DNA from: Candidatus Bipolaricaulota bacterium
GTDB taxonomy: Bacteria > Bipolaricaulota > Bipolaricaulia > Bipolaricaulales > Bipolaricaulaceae
Assembly (NCBI GenBank): GCA_014360995.1
Contig: JACIWL010000003.1
Coordinates: forward strand, 22,127 to 86,126
Reading direction: 5' to 3'
DNA length: 64,000 bases
Program-made: the position numbers and the translations under genes
The notes under the pieces: generated by a model
Seen by the model: only the letters and a program-made list of their open reading frames with translations
The model's database searches: none
Told to the model about the DNA's origin: nothing
Shown here: piece by piece, positions 52,953-63,499 of the stretch
Layout of the letters: every line of letters starts with the position of its first letter
Position numbering within the stretch: position 1 is the first letter of the stretch

Positions 52953-53336
52953 TTGGTTCCCAAAGACCTTCGGTACACCAAGGACCACGAGTGGGTGCGC
53001 GTGGAGGACGGAAGGGCGCGGGTGGGCATCACCGAATTCGCCCAAAAATCCCTGGGAGATATCGTGTTCGTCGAGCTTCCGCCCGTGGGGAAAGAGGTGA
53101 AAAAAGGGGAGCGCACGGCCACTGTAGAATCGGTGAAGGCCGTGGGCGAGGTCTTCGCTCCCGTCTCCGGGAAGGTCCTGGAGGTGAACGAGGGCGTCAC
53201 CAAAAGCCCGGACCTCATCAATAAGGACCCCTACGGCCAGGGCTGGCTTTTCCTCCTTTCCCTCGCCGACCCTAAAGAAGTGGAGAGCCTCCTCACCCCG
53301 GAGGCCTATGAGGAGCTGGTGAAGGGAGGGGGATGA
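52953..53336 (+). CDS. gcvH: glycine cleavage system protein H
   Basis: 127 aa. YTKDHEWV and lipoyl-lysine block VESVKAV. TTG start after AAAGGAGG. Confidence 0.92.
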   Translation: MVPKDLRYTKDHEWVRVEDGRARVGITEFAQKSLGDIVFVELPPVGKEVKKGERTATVESVKAVGEVFAPVSGKVLEVNEGVTKSPDLINKDPYGQGWLFLLSLADPKEVESLLTPEAYEELVKGGG

Positions 53337-54649
53337 ACCCGTACATACCGCACACAAAGCGCGATATCGAGGAGATGCTTAAGGCGGTGGGCCTCCCGGA
53401 CGTGGAGGCCCTTTTTTCCGATATCCCTGAGGAAGTGCGCCGGCGGTTCAAGCCCCTCGGCCTTCCTCCCCGGGACGAGATCTGGGTCTTTCGCCACATC
53501 GCCGAGCTTTCCGAGCGCTCCACGGGAAGAGGGCTCATCCCGTTCCTGGGAGCTGGGCTCTATGACCACTACGTGCCCCCTTTGGTGGGCCACATCCTTT
53601 CCCGCGCGGAGTTCTACACGGCCTACACCCCGTACCAAGCGGAGATCTCCCAAGGGACCCTCACCTGGATGTTCGAGTACCAGACGATGGTGTGTGAGCT
53701 GACCGGCATGGAGGTGGCCAATAGCTCCATGTACGACGGGGCCACGGCCCTGGCGGAAGCGGTGTACATGGCCCGCCGGACCGTGGGCGGAAGCACCGTT
53801 TTGGTCCCGAAATCCCTCAACCCAAACGTGCGGGAGGTCCTGGCCACCTACGCCTGGGCCGCCGGGCTCCGCCTCGTGGACGTTCCCTATGATGAGCAAG
53901 GCCAGCTTAGACTCGTCGAGGTTCCCGAAGATACCTGCGCCCTCATCGTCCAAGAGCCCAACTTTTTCGGGGTGATCGAGGACCTTTCCGGCCTTAAGGA
54001 GCGCATTGGCCGGGCTTTTCTCATCGTGTACGTGAACCCCATCGCTTTAGGGGTTTTGGAGCCGCCGGGGAAGTTCGGGGCGGACGTGGTGGTGGGGGAG
54101 GGCCAGGTTTTGGGGCTTCCTCTTTCCTTTGGCGGCCCCCTTTTGGGGATTTTCGCCACGAAGATGGAGTACCTCCGGCGCATGCCGGGGCGGATCTCCG
54201 GCCGCACCGTGGACGCGGAAGGAAAAGAGGGCTACGTCATGGCCTTCCAGACCCGGGAGCAGCACATTCGCCGCGAGGAGGCCACCTCTAACATCTGCAC
54301 CAATTCCGCCCTGTGCGCCTTGGCCGCCACCGTGTACATGGCTGCTTTAGGGCCGGAGGGCCTGCGGCGGGTGGCCCTCCTTTCCATGGAACGGGCCTAT
54401 AGTTTGGCTGAACGCCTCTTTTCCCTTCCCGGCTTTAGGCCCGCGTTTTCAGGGCCCTTCCTCTACGAGTTTGCCGTGGCCTGTGCAGACGCGGAGGCCG
54501 CGGTGAAAAGGCTTCGCCAAGCGGGAATCGCCGTGACAAGCCCAGTCCTCCTCAGAAAATGCGGGGTGGAAAACGCGTTCCTTGTGGCCGTCACGGAAAA
54601 GCGCACCCCTGAAGAGCTCGATCTTTTTGTGCGTGCCCTTTCCTCTTAG
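53333..54649 (+). CDS. gcvPA: glycine dehydrogenase (decarboxylating) subunit 1
   Basis: 438 aa. FLGAG.YDHYVP and YTPYQAEISQG motifs. ATGA overlap with gcvH. Confidence 0.92.
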   Translation: MNPYIPHTKRDIEEMLKAVGLPDVEALFSDIPEEVRRRFKPLGLPPRDEIWVFRHIAELSERSTGRGLIPFLGAGLYDHYVPPLVGHILSRAEFYTAYTPYQAEISQGTLTWMFEYQTMVCELTGMEVANSSMYDGATALAEAVYMARRTVGGSTVLVPKSLNPNVREVLATYAWAAGLRLVDVPYDEQGQLRLVEVPEDTCALIVQEPNFFGVIEDLSGLKERIGRAFLIVYVNPIALGVLEPPGKFGADVVVGEGQVLGLPLSFGGPLLGIFATKMEYLRRMPGRISGRTVDAEGKEGYVMAFQTREQHIRREEATSNICTNSALCALAATVYMAALGPEGLRRVALLSMERAYSLAERLFSLPGFRPAFSGPFLYEFAVACADAEAAVKRLRQAGIAVTSPVLLRKCGVENAFLVAVTEKRTPEELDLFVRALSS

Positions 54650-54658
54650 GAGGTGAGG

Positions 54659-56107
54659 ATGCCCACCATCTACGATCGCGGCCAAAGGGGACGGAAAGCC
54701 CTGGCCCTGCCCGAGCTTTCCCAGCCGGAGGAGGAGCTCCTTCGGAAGATCCCGGAGGGGATGCGGCGGAAGGCCCCGCCGCTCTTGCCCGAAGTTTCCC
54801 AGCCCGAGCTAATTCGCCACTATACCCACCTTTCCCGCCTCAACTACGGGGTGGATACGGGCTTTTATCCCCTGGGAAGCTGTACCATGAAGTACAACCC
54901 CAAGCTCCACGAGGAGCTGGCGCGTCTTCCCGGGTGTACTGGGCTTCACCCTCTCCTTCCCGAGGAAGAGGTGCAGGGGGCCCTGGCCGTTCTCTGGGAG
55001 CTTTCCCAGTATTTGAAGGAGATTGCGGGGATGCCGGGGATCACCCTGCAGCCCGCGGCCGGAGCCCACGGGGAGCTCACCGGCATGTTCCTCATCAAGC
55101 GCTATTTTGAGGATCGCGGGGAGATCCCGCGCCGCCAAAAGATCCTCCTTCCCGACTCCGCCCACGGCACGAACCCGGCCTCGGCGGCCATGGCCGGATT
55201 CCAGGTGGTCTCCATCCCCTCAGACAAAAGGGGGATGGTGGACCTCGAGGCCCTGAAAAGGAATCTCGACGAGGGCGTGGCGGGGATCATGCTCACCGTG
55301 CCCAATACCCTGGGGATCTTCGAGGAGGACATCCTGGAGATCACGGACCTGGTGCACCGGGTCGGCGGGCTTTGCTACTTCGACGGGGCCAATCTCAACG
55401 CGTTTTTGGGCCGGGCCAGGCCGGGCGACATGGGCGCCGACATCTTCCATTTCAACCTGCACAAGACCTTCTCCACCCCCCACGGTGGGGGCGGCCCGGG
55501 CGCCGGACCCTTGGCCGTGTCCGAGCCCCTCATCCCCTACCTTCCCGTCCCGGAGATCGTGAAGGAGGGGGAAAAATTCCGGCTCCACTTCGATAAACCC
55601 AAGTCCATCGGCCGGGTGCACCCTTATTTTGGGAACTTCCTAGTGATGGTGCGGGCCTTGGCCTACATCCTGACCCTGGGCGACGAAGGCATGCGGGAGG
55701 TTTCTGCCTGTGCCGTCCTGGCTGCCAATTACCTCCGGGTGAAGCTCAAGGGAACCTACAAGCTCCCCTATGATCGGCTTTGCAAACATGAGTTCGTCCT
55801 TTCGGGGGAGGGCCTGGCGGAAGGGATCCGGACCCTGGACATTGCCAAGCGCCTCATCGATTACGGGTTCCATCCGCCCACGATCTATTTCCCCTTGATC
55901 GTGAAGGAGGCGCTGATGATCGAGCCCACGGAAACGGAGCCGAAGGAGGTTTTGGATGCGTTTTGCGAGGCGATGCTTAGGATTGCCGAGGAGGCCAGGA
56001 CCAATCCGCAACTCCTGAAGGAGGCGCCGCATCGAGCGCCGGTGCGGAGGCTCGATGAGGCCCGGGCCGTGCGGGAGCCGGTCCTTCGCTATCCCTTCCT
56101 CGCGTAA
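54659..56107 (+). CDS. gcvPB: glycine dehydrogenase (decarboxylating) subunit 2
   Basis: PLGSCTMKYNP and the PLP-lysine region NLHKTFSTPHGGGGPG. ATG 54659 lies 5 nt after GGAGG. The listed GTG 54653 is two codons upstream. Confidence 0.92.
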   Translation: MPTIYDRGQRGRKALALPELSQPEEELLRKIPEGMRRKAPPLLPEVSQPELIRHYTHLSRLNYGVDTGFYPLGSCTMKYNPKLHEELARLPGCTGLHPLLPEEEVQGALAVLWELSQYLKEIAGMPGITLQPAAGAHGELTGMFLIKRYFEDRGEIPRRQKILLPDSAHGTNPASAAMAGFQVVSIPSDKRGMVDLEALKRNLDEGVAGIMLTVPNTLGIFEEDILEITDLVHRVGGLCYFDGANLNAFLGRARPGDMGADIFHFNLHKTFSTPHGGGGPGAGPLAVSEPLIPYLPVPEIVKEGEKFRLHFDKPKSIGRVHPYFGNFLVMVRALAYILTLGDEGMREVSACAVLAANYLRVKLKGTYKLPYDRLCKHEFVLSGEGLAEGIRTLDIAKRLIDYGFHPPTIYFPLIVKEALMIEPTETEPKEVLDAFCEAMLRIAEEARTNPQLLKEAPHRAPVRRLDEARAVREPVLRYPFLA

Positions 56108-56278
56108 CTGGGCAAGGAAAACGGGCGAACTTTGAGCGTATGGCGTTCAGCGTGCGCGATTTTCATGACCTTGTTCGGCTCCTCCGGGAGCACGCTCCCG
56201 CGTATTTGGCCAGGCTCATCCTCGACCCCGAGCTCATGGAGCTTTTGGACTCCGAACAGGCCCGGGCCGCCCTTTCGA

Positions 56279-57757
56279 CTAGCGCCGGCGCAGGAACGTG
56301 CGCAAGAGGATAAGAACTGGGATGATCTCCAATCTCCCCGCCCACATGTGGAAGGAAAGCAGGAGTTTGGCCGAAGTGGGCATCTCGGGGTGGGTGAGGC
56401 CCACGGAAAGGCCCACGTTTCCCTGGGCGGAGGCCACCTCGAAGAGGAAGTCGGCCAGGGTGTAGCGCCCGGCCGGGTAGAACTGGGCCAAAAGGAACGC
56501 CCCAAGCACAAGGAAGCTGATCCACAGGAAAAACAGGGCCGCGGCCTCGCTTATGCGGCGATGGACCTGGTCTTGGGGGATGGTTTCCGTTCCCAGCCGG
56601 CACAGGACGACCGCGTCTGGTGGGGACAGAAGGCGCCGGATTTGCCAGGCGATACCCCGCACGAGCACGGCAAGGCGCATGACCTTCATCCCCCCAGCGG
56701 TGGACCCCGCGGCCCCGCCCACCACCATCCCCACCGTGAGGAGGAGCTTTCCTGTCTCGGACCAGCCCGAAAGGTCCACGGTTTGGAACCCCGTACAGGT
56801 CATGGCCGAGACGTATTGGAAGGCGGCGGTACGGAAGGCCTGCACCCCCGGCAAGGATCGCCAAAGCACCAACCCCAAAAGGCCCGTCCCAAAAAGAAGG
56901 GCGAGAAGAAGCCAGCGGGTCTGGAGATCCCGCCAGAGAACTTGCGGCCCCTTTTGCAGCATCTGGTAGTGGATGACAAAGCTCACCGCCCCTGCCACCA
57001 TGGAAAAGATGGCCACCACTTCCACCCCCACCGCGCGGTAATGGCCGAGGGAGTCGGGCCAGAGGCTGAACCCACCCGTGGCCACTCCGGTCATGGCGTG
57101 GTTCAGAGCCTCCCAGGGCGGCATCCCCACGCTGAAGAAGGCCAGGGCGCTCAGGACCGTGTAAAGGCCGTAGATCCACCACATGCTGTGCACGGTGGAG
57201 CGCACGGAGGGGTGGATTTTTTCTGCGCGGGCCTCGGCGTAATAGAGGGTGGCCGCGGAAAGCCCGGGCCCGGCCAGGACGGCGATCATGAGGACGATCA
57301 CCCCCATCCCCCCAATCCACTCCATGAGCGACCGCCACCACTGGAGGGTCTTGGGCAAAAGATCAGGGCGGAGGGCCATGGTCAGGCCCGTGCCCGTAAA
57401 GCCAGAGACGCTTTCAAAAAAGGCGCTGACAAAGTCCGCATAAGGGAAAAGAAGGCCCCCGCCAAGCCGGTGGGAGATGAGAAAGAGGGGAAGGGCCCCC
57501 AAGAGGGGCACCAAAAGCCAGCCTAGCCCAGCCACAAAAAGGCCGTGCTTAAGCTCCGTCTCCCCCGCGCCCCGGAAAGGCCAATAAAGAAGAGCCCACA
57601 CCAACAACGCGGCAAGGATCGTCAAAATCAAGGGCAAAAGGGCGAAGTTTTCGCGGAAAAAGAGGGCCACCGGAAGCGTCCCTGCAGCCATGAATGCCAC
57701 CACGAGGGACAAAAGCCCCAAATTCCGGAGGACGATCCTTAGGTCCGCAAAACTCAT
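56279..57757 (-). CDS. trkH: TrkH family potassium uptake protein
   Basis: 492 aa polytopic protein with repeated M1-P-M2 units and selectivity-filter-like segments (FTGTGL, ATGGFS, TCTGFQ, SAQGNVGLS). Confidence 0.9.
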   Translation of the reverse strand: MSFADLRIVLRNLGLLSLVVAFMAAGTLPVALFFRENFALLPLILTILAALLVWALLYWPFRGAGETELKHGLFVAGLGWLLVPLLGALPLFLISHRLGGGLLFPYADFVSAFFESVSGFTGTGLTMALRPDLLPKTLQWWRSLMEWIGGMGVIVLMIAVLAGPGLSAATLYYAEARAEKIHPSVRSTVHSMWWIYGLYTVLSALAFFSVGMPPWEALNHAMTGVATGGFSLWPDSLGHYRAVGVEVVAIFSMVAGAVSFVIHYQMLQKGPQVLWRDLQTRWLLLALLFGTGLLGLVLWRSLPGVQAFRTAAFQYVSAMTCTGFQTVDLSGWSETGKLLLTVGMVVGGAAGSTAGGMKVMRLAVLVRGIAWQIRRLLSPPDAVVLCRLGTETIPQDQVHRRISEAAALFFLWISFLVLGAFLLAQFYPAGRYTLADFLFEVASAQGNVGLSVGLTHPEMPTSAKLLLSFHMWAGRLEIIPVLILLRTFLRRR

Positions 57758-57762
57758 AAGGT

Positions 57763-58425
57763 TCAGCCGGTGAGGATGGAGATGAGGTGCTCAGGCGTGT
57801 GTTCTTTGCTGAAGATGGTGAGGATATCCCCGGGCCGGACGACCGTGCTCCCCTTGGCGATCTCCAGCTCTCCGTCGCGCTCTATCGCCGCCACCAGCAC
57901 CCCTTCAGGGATGATCCCCTCCTCCCCCGCTTCCCGCAGGGTTTTCCCCACCAAGGGGGAGGTCTCCGGCACGGTCACGCGAAACATCTGGGCCCCGCCG
58001 GGGAGGGTCACGAGGTCCCGCAGTTTCGGGTGGAGGGCGGCGTGGTAGAGGTACTCGGCTACGATCACGTCGGGGTTCTCCATGACGTGGGCCCCGAGCC
58101 GGCGGAAAAGTTCGGTGTGGGCCCGGTTATTCACCACGGAGACGATGGTGGGGATGCCCAGGTCCTGGGCGGCGGCGATGACCATGAGGTTCGTGGCGTC
58201 GTCGGAGGTGGTGGTGATGAGGGCATCAGCCCGCTCCGCCCCGGCCTCGCGCAACGCGTCCACGGAGGCCGCGTCGGCCTGGATCACCAAAACATCGTAC
58301 TTCCGGGCAATGGCGTTGGCCTTTTCTGGGTTACGCTCGATCACCGCCACGTTGTGGCGGTCCCGCACCGCAAGGTCAATAAGAGCACTGCCTATTCCGC
58401 CAGCACCCACCACAATAAGGTACAT
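57763..58425 (-). CDS. trkA: Trk system NAD-binding protein TrkA (single N+C module)
   Basis: MYLIVVGAGGIGSAL Rossmann motif plus a TrkA_C domain. Sits 6 nt upstream of trkH. Confidence 0.9.
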   Translation of the reverse strand: MYLIVVGAGGIGSALIDLAVRDRHNVAVIERNPEKANAIARKYDVLVIQADAASVDALREAGAERADALITTTSDDATNLMVIAAAQDLGIPTIVSVVNNRAHTELFRRLGAHVMENPDVIVAEYLYHAALHPKLRDLVTLPGGAQMFRVTVPETSPLVGKTLREAGEEGIIPEGVLVAAIERDGELEIAKGSTVVRPGDILTIFSKEHTPEHLISILTG

Positions 58426-58543
58426 GCGGCCGGTATCCTACCGCGCCTCAAGCCCTCTGACAATTGGGGTTTGAGGAGCAGGGATTTTGCCCCCTTTCCC
58501 CAAAAAGCCAGGAAAAGGGGGCGGGGGATAAGATTGGCCCGTC

Positions 58544-58774
58544 ATGGAGAAGTGGGCGAAGCTCACGGTGGTTTGGGGCGAGGCCAAGGCCCTCATCCTC
58601 AAGGGCTTCCTCGAGGGGGAGGGGATCCAGGTGCGCCTGCGCTACCACGTCCCTCCAAGCGTTTACCCCCTCACAGTGGACGGACTAGCGGAGATCCAGA
58701 TCCTCGTGCGCGAGGAGGACTTGCCGTTGGCCCAGGAGGCCTTGGCCGCCTTCCGCCTTCCCGGGGAGGAGTAG
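58544..58774 (+). CDS. DUF2007-like small protein (putative signal-transducing fold)
   Basis: 76 aa. Pattern V....EA.ILKGFLE.EGI.V...........L....EI.VREEDL..A.E.L. The next gene starts immediately after its stop. Confidence 0.55.
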   Translation: MEKWAKLTVVWGEAKALILKGFLEGEGIQVRLRYHVPPSVYPLTVDGLAEIQILVREEDLPLAQEALAAFRLPGEE

Positions 58775-59424
58775 GTGCGCTGGCCGAGCGAGGAGGAATT
58801 AACCCGGGCCCGGAAGGAATTGGTGGCCGAGCTCCGCCAAAAGGGCATCCGGGACCCCCGCGTCCTTTCCGCCCTGGAAAAAGTCCCCCGCCACCTGTTT
58901 GTCCTCCCGGAGTTCATCCATTTGGCCTACGATGACCGCCCCCTCCCCATCGGCCTGGGCCAGACCATCTCCCAGCCCTACATCGTGGCCCTCTCCACTG
59001 AGGCTTTGGCCCTCTCCCCCGAGGACCGGGTCTTGGAGATCGGCACCGGCTCCGGGTACCAGACGGCCATTTTGGCCGAGCTAGCTAAGGAGGTGTTCAC
59101 CGTGGAGAGGATTCCCGAGCTTTCCTGGGAGGCCCAGGAGCGCCTGCGCAAGCTCGGCTACACGAACGTGCGGTTCCGCGTGGGCGATGGCACGAAGGGC
59201 TGGCCGGAAGAGGCCCCCTTCCCCGCCATCCTCGTCACCGCCGCCGCGCCCCGCGTCCCCCCAAGCCTACTTTCCCAACTCGCCGAGGGCGGAAGGCTCG
59301 TGATCCCCGTGGGAGGGAGGTTCCAACAGGACCTTTGGCTCGTGCGAAAGGAGGGAGGAAGGCCCGTTTACGAGCACCTTTGCCCGGTGAGCTTCGTCCC
59401 CCTCATCGGGGAGGAGGGATGGCG

Positions 59425-59428
<4 letters not shown>
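58775..59428 (+). CDS. pcm: protein-L-isoaspartate O-methyltransferase
   Basis: [10 protein letters not shown] and SAM-binding [15 protein letters not shown] start. Confidence 0.9.
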
Positions 59429-60459
<1,031 letters not shown>

Positions 60460-60547
60460 CCCTGACGAAGCGGACATTTCTCGGGCTGCCCTGTCCCCAA
60501 ACGGAGGCCATCCGGGGTGTAGCCTCCGTTACGTCCAAGGGGGCAGG

Positions 60548-61297
60548 ATGACCGGGAAGAGCTTCGCCGGGCATTTATCCCAAAGGCTAGTGGGCCTTTT
60601 TCTCCTCCTTTTGGCCGTTGGCCTTTCCTCCACGGCCATTCCCTTGGGGTTTGAGTCCGGGCCCCATTACTTCCGCACCTATCCTCCGGCCATAAGCGCC
60701 TTCATCCAGCTCACCAACCAGGCCATCCGCTACGGGAACCAGACGTTTTTCGGGGAGATCCCCCTCATCCCCCTCATCTCTGGCGGGGTGGGGGTGCGGG
60801 CGGCGGAGACCTTGGGCGAGTCCTTCTCCTTGGGATTGGGTTTCTCCCTTTTGGGGATGGGTACGGGAACGGAAGGCTCCTGGGGCGCGCAAAAGGTGGA
60901 GGTGAGCCTCGGGCTCACCTACGCCGATCTGCATGTCCTTTGCGCCTTTTCCCCTATTCCGGGAGTCCTTTACCTTGGGGCCACGGCTGGCCTTGGCTGG
61001 ACCAGGCTTTCTTACGCCGTGGACTTTCCGAACTTGAACCTTTCCTTTATTCCGGCGGTGGGGGAGGCGATCTACACTGGCCGGACCTTCGCCGCCGCCT
61101 TCTTTTTGCGCGCGGCCTGGCCTATCTTTCCCAACCTCACCGCTGGACTTGAGGCCGGGTTCCGCTGGGCCCTCTTCCCCGGGCTTTCCGCACCCCAAGG
61201 GGTTCCTTTGGATTTGAACCGCGACGGAAAGCCCGATCAGCTCGATCTTTCCGGCTTTTGGCTTGGGTTCAGTTTGCGGGTGGAGTTCCCGCTATGA
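60548..61297 (+). CDS. hypothetical exported/membrane protein, possibly beta-barrel
   Basis: N-terminal hydrophobic segment LVGLFLLLLAVGL. Alternating Gly/aromatic-rich strands. C-terminus ...GFSLRVEFPL. ATGA overlap with the next gene. Confidence 0.5.
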   Translation: MTGKSFAGHLSQRLVGLFLLLLAVGLSSTAIPLGFESGPHYFRTYPPAISAFIQLTNQAIRYGNQTFFGEIPLIPLISGGVGVRAAETLGESFSLGLGFSLLGMGTGTEGSWGAQKVEVSLGLTYADLHVLCAFSPIPGVLYLGATAGLGWTRLSYAVDFPNLNLSFIPAVGEAIYTGRTFAAAFFLRAAWPIFPNLTAGLEAGFRWALFPGLSAPQGVPLDLNRDGKPDQLDLSGFWLGFSLRVEFPL

Positions 61298-61923
61298 AGG
61301 AGGGGGAGATGCGCCGCGTTTTCTTGATCTTTGGGATTTTGGCTGGTGTCTTGGCGCTCTCGGGGTGCGTGGGTAAGTTCGTGGCCAAAGCTCCGGAGGC
61401 CTTGTTTTCCATCCGGCCCACGGAGGGGATCGCCCCCCTCACCGTGGTCTGCGACGCCTCCCTTTCCTTTTCCGAAAGCGGCCGGATCGTTGAGTACATT
61501 TGGGATTTCGGCGACGGCACAAAGGGCTTTGGCCCCATTGTTTCCCATACCTACCTTCGGGGTGGAACGTACCGCGTGACCGTCACTGTCTACGACGAGC
61601 GTGGCCTGAAAAGCACCCGCGAGTCCCAGGTCACCGTGTACTTTCCCAAGCCAGAGCCGGATTTCTCCTTTGCCCCGCCCCTTCCCGGAACCTATGAGAC
61701 CATCGTCTTCGACGCCTCTGCCTCCCAAAGCCCCAACGGGAAGATCGTGCGCTACATGTGGGCCTTCGGGGACGGCACCTCCGCGGAGGGGATGATTGTG
61801 GAGAAGAGCTACCGCTACGGCGGAACGTATCTTGTCACCCTCTCCGTGGAGGACGAGGCCGGCCAGGTGGGAAGTGTTAGCAAAACGATCACGGTCCAAG
61901 GGGGGCCGAGCTGTGGCTATTAG
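61294..61923 (+). CDS. lipoprotein with two PKD domains
   Basis: Lipobox LALSGC. Two PKD units (PL.V..DAS.S.....I..Y.WDFGDGT...G....H.Y..GGTY.VTL.V.D). Confidence 0.8.
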   Translation: MKEGEMRRVFLIFGILAGVLALSGCVGKFVAKAPEALFSIRPTEGIAPLTVVCDASLSFSESGRIVEYIWDFGDGTKGFGPIVSHTYLRGGTYRVTVTVYDERGLKSTRESQVTVYFPKPEPDFSFAPPLPGTYETIVFDASASQSPNGKIVRYMWAFGDGTSAEGMIVEKSYRYGGTYLVTLSVEDEAGQVGSVSKTITVQGGPSCGY

Positions 61924-62548
61924 GCGGGCTTTGGGGCTGGGGATCTTGGCGGCGGGAGTTTTCCTCTCGGGGTGTGTGAAGAATGCGGTGTCTCCTTCGG
62001 CGGGGGTTATGGCCGTGGTGGTGGCCGAGCCCAGGGAGGGCAAGGCCCCGCTCACTGTGCAGTTCGATGCCACTCGTTCGGTGGATCCTGCTGGTCCCAT
62101 CACCGACTACCTTTGGGATTTTGGGGATGGCTCGCCGGTGGTTTCCGGGGAGAGGGTTTCTCATACCTATCGCCGGGCCGGGGAGTACCTGGTGACCCTG
62201 GTAGTGGTGGGGCTTTCGGGGACGGGGCGGGCCACGGTCCTTGTGCGGGTCCTCAATAATCCGCCGGAGGCGCGCTTTTCCGTCTGGCCCGAGGACCCGT
62301 GGACGGAGGAGCTCGTGACCTTTGATGCCTCTGCCTCCTCTGACCCCGATGGCGATCCCCTCACCTATCTCTGGGACTTCGGCGATGGGGGGATGGCCCA
62401 AGGGAAGGTGGTGCAGCACACCTATCAGAAGGCCGGGGAGTACGTGGTGATCCTTACCGTTTCCGATCCTTCCGGGGCGCAAGCCCGGGCCACGAAGCTC
62501 CTCAAGGTGGAGGAGTGCGTGGGCGGTGGCTGCGGCCGACGCCGCTAA
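61913..62548 (+). CDS. lipoprotein with two PKD domains (tandem paralogue)
   Basis: Probable GTG start at 61913 after AAGGGGGG. Lipobox FLSGC. Two PKD units with WDFGDG. C-terminus VEECVGGGCGRRR. Confidence 0.75.
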   Translation: MAIRRALGLGILAAGVFLSGCVKNAVSPSAGVMAVVVAEPREGKAPLTVQFDATRSVDPAGPITDYLWDFGDGSPVVSGERVSHTYRRAGEYLVTLVVVGLSGTGRATVLVRVLNNPPEARFSVWPEDPWTEELVTFDASASSDPDGDPLTYLWDFGDGGMAQGKVVQHTYQKAGEYVVILTVSDPSGAQARATKLLKVEECVGGGCGRRR

Positions 62549-62554
62549 ACCTTC

Positions 62555-62807
62555 GGGGTCAGGTCTTTACTTTTTGTGTCCCTGGGCTTCCCCCACCCGC
62601 TTGGCGGTGAGGCTCACCGCGGAGTGAAGCCCCACGAATTCGGCCACTTCCTTTGGGGTATAACGGTGCACCCGCGCTGCCCGGTAGATCCGCCCGGCAC
62701 AAGGGGCCTTACGCGCGAATGCGGCAAAGAGCTTTGTAAGCTTGCCCGTGCCAGGCATCAAGTGCACCCCAATTCCCGGGTGACACAAAAAGTAAAGACC
62801 TGACCCC
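62555..62807. mobile_element. MITE-like deletion derivative of the RAYT-type element
   Basis: The ends GGGGTCAGGTCTTTACTTTTTGTGTC (62555-62580) and its exact inverted copy (62782-62807) are identical over 26 nt. The interior keeps a start-region homologue of the 63808 gene and an HTH-like remnant (RIYRAARVHRYTPKEVAEFVGLHSAVSLTAKRV) on the minus strand. Confidence 0.65.
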
Positions 62808-62812
62808 TAAGG

Positions 62813-63499
62813 CTAAGACCTCCGAGGCTTGAGGCGCAGCATGATGGCATCGGCCAAAGCTCGGAAACTGGCCTTCAACGCCCTAACGTCGAGGGGCAGC
62901 ACCATCTCCACAGGCCACCGCTCAATCTCGTCGGGAAACTCTTGGGCTTTTTCTAGGGCCTGGGCAAACCAGTACAAATCAAACCCGGGGTCCTTAGCCG
63001 GCGCCAGCTCCAGGAGCACCCAGGGGTCCACCTCGCGAAAAATGAATGCGAGGTCGACCGCGTCCCTCGGTTCTTCCCGCCCAAAGAACGCGAGCAACTT
63101 GTCCACTGCAAGATCCTGAAAGTCGTTCACCAAGCCCAACTCGGTCTCCACGGGCGGCGCAAACCTATTCGGGGCGTCGTAGGCGAACTGCACGCGCACC
63201 GCCTCCGACCCGCGCGACACTTGAAGTTCGGCGAAGGTGGCCAGCCGGCGAACGACGGCCACGTCAATTCCCTCCCTGCGCAAGGCTTCTTCCGCTACCC
63301 GCGAGAACGGCTGTACAAGCCCGTGCTCTGTGGTGAAAAGATCGAGGTCAAAAGACCGGCGATGGCCAAGGTAGAACTCCGCGAGCGCTGTCCCGCCGGT
63401 GAGGTAAAACCTTTCGGCATCAGGGACGTTTCTCAGGGCGCGCAAAACCTCCAGCTGAAGCGGGGTGAGAAGGCCGTTACGCTTCGGCGCGCGCTGCAT
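62813..63499 (-). CDS. nucleotidyltransferase AbiEii/AbiGii toxin family protein (DUF1814)
   Basis: 228 aa. FYLTGGTALAEFYLGHRRSFDLDLF is the AbiEii-type NTase motif. Confidence 0.8.
   Translation of the reverse strand: MQRAPKRNGLLTPLQLEVLRALRNVPDAERFYLTGGTALAEFYLGHRRSFDLDLFTTEHGLVQPFSRVAEEALRREGIDVAVVRRLATFAELQVSRGSEAVRVQFAYDAPNRFAPPVETELGLVNDFQDLAVDKLLAFFGREEPRDAVDLAFIFREVDPWVLLELAPAKDPGFDLYWFAQALEKAQEFPDEIERWPVEMVLPLDVRALKASFRALADAIMLRLKPRRS

Noticed and set aside
56132-57526. 464-aa plus-strand ORF and 392-aa minus-strand alternative-frame ORF (56163-57341) overlapping trkH
   Set aside because: The composition is dominated by Gly, Pro, Arg and His. The TrkH frame has clear membrane topology and family motifs, and these ORFs do not.
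57787-58935. 382-aa plus-strand ORF spanning trkA (antisense), the intergenic region and the DUF2007/pcm starts
   Set aside because: It crosses several well-supported genes in other frames and has a low-complexity Gly/Pro/Arg composition.
60500-60530. 9-bp hairpin AACGGAGGC-(13 nt)-GCCTCCGTT between ltaE and the next operon
   Set aside because: No T tract follows it and there is no recognisable motif. It may simply be a transcript-stabilising or incidental structure, so it is recorded but not called.
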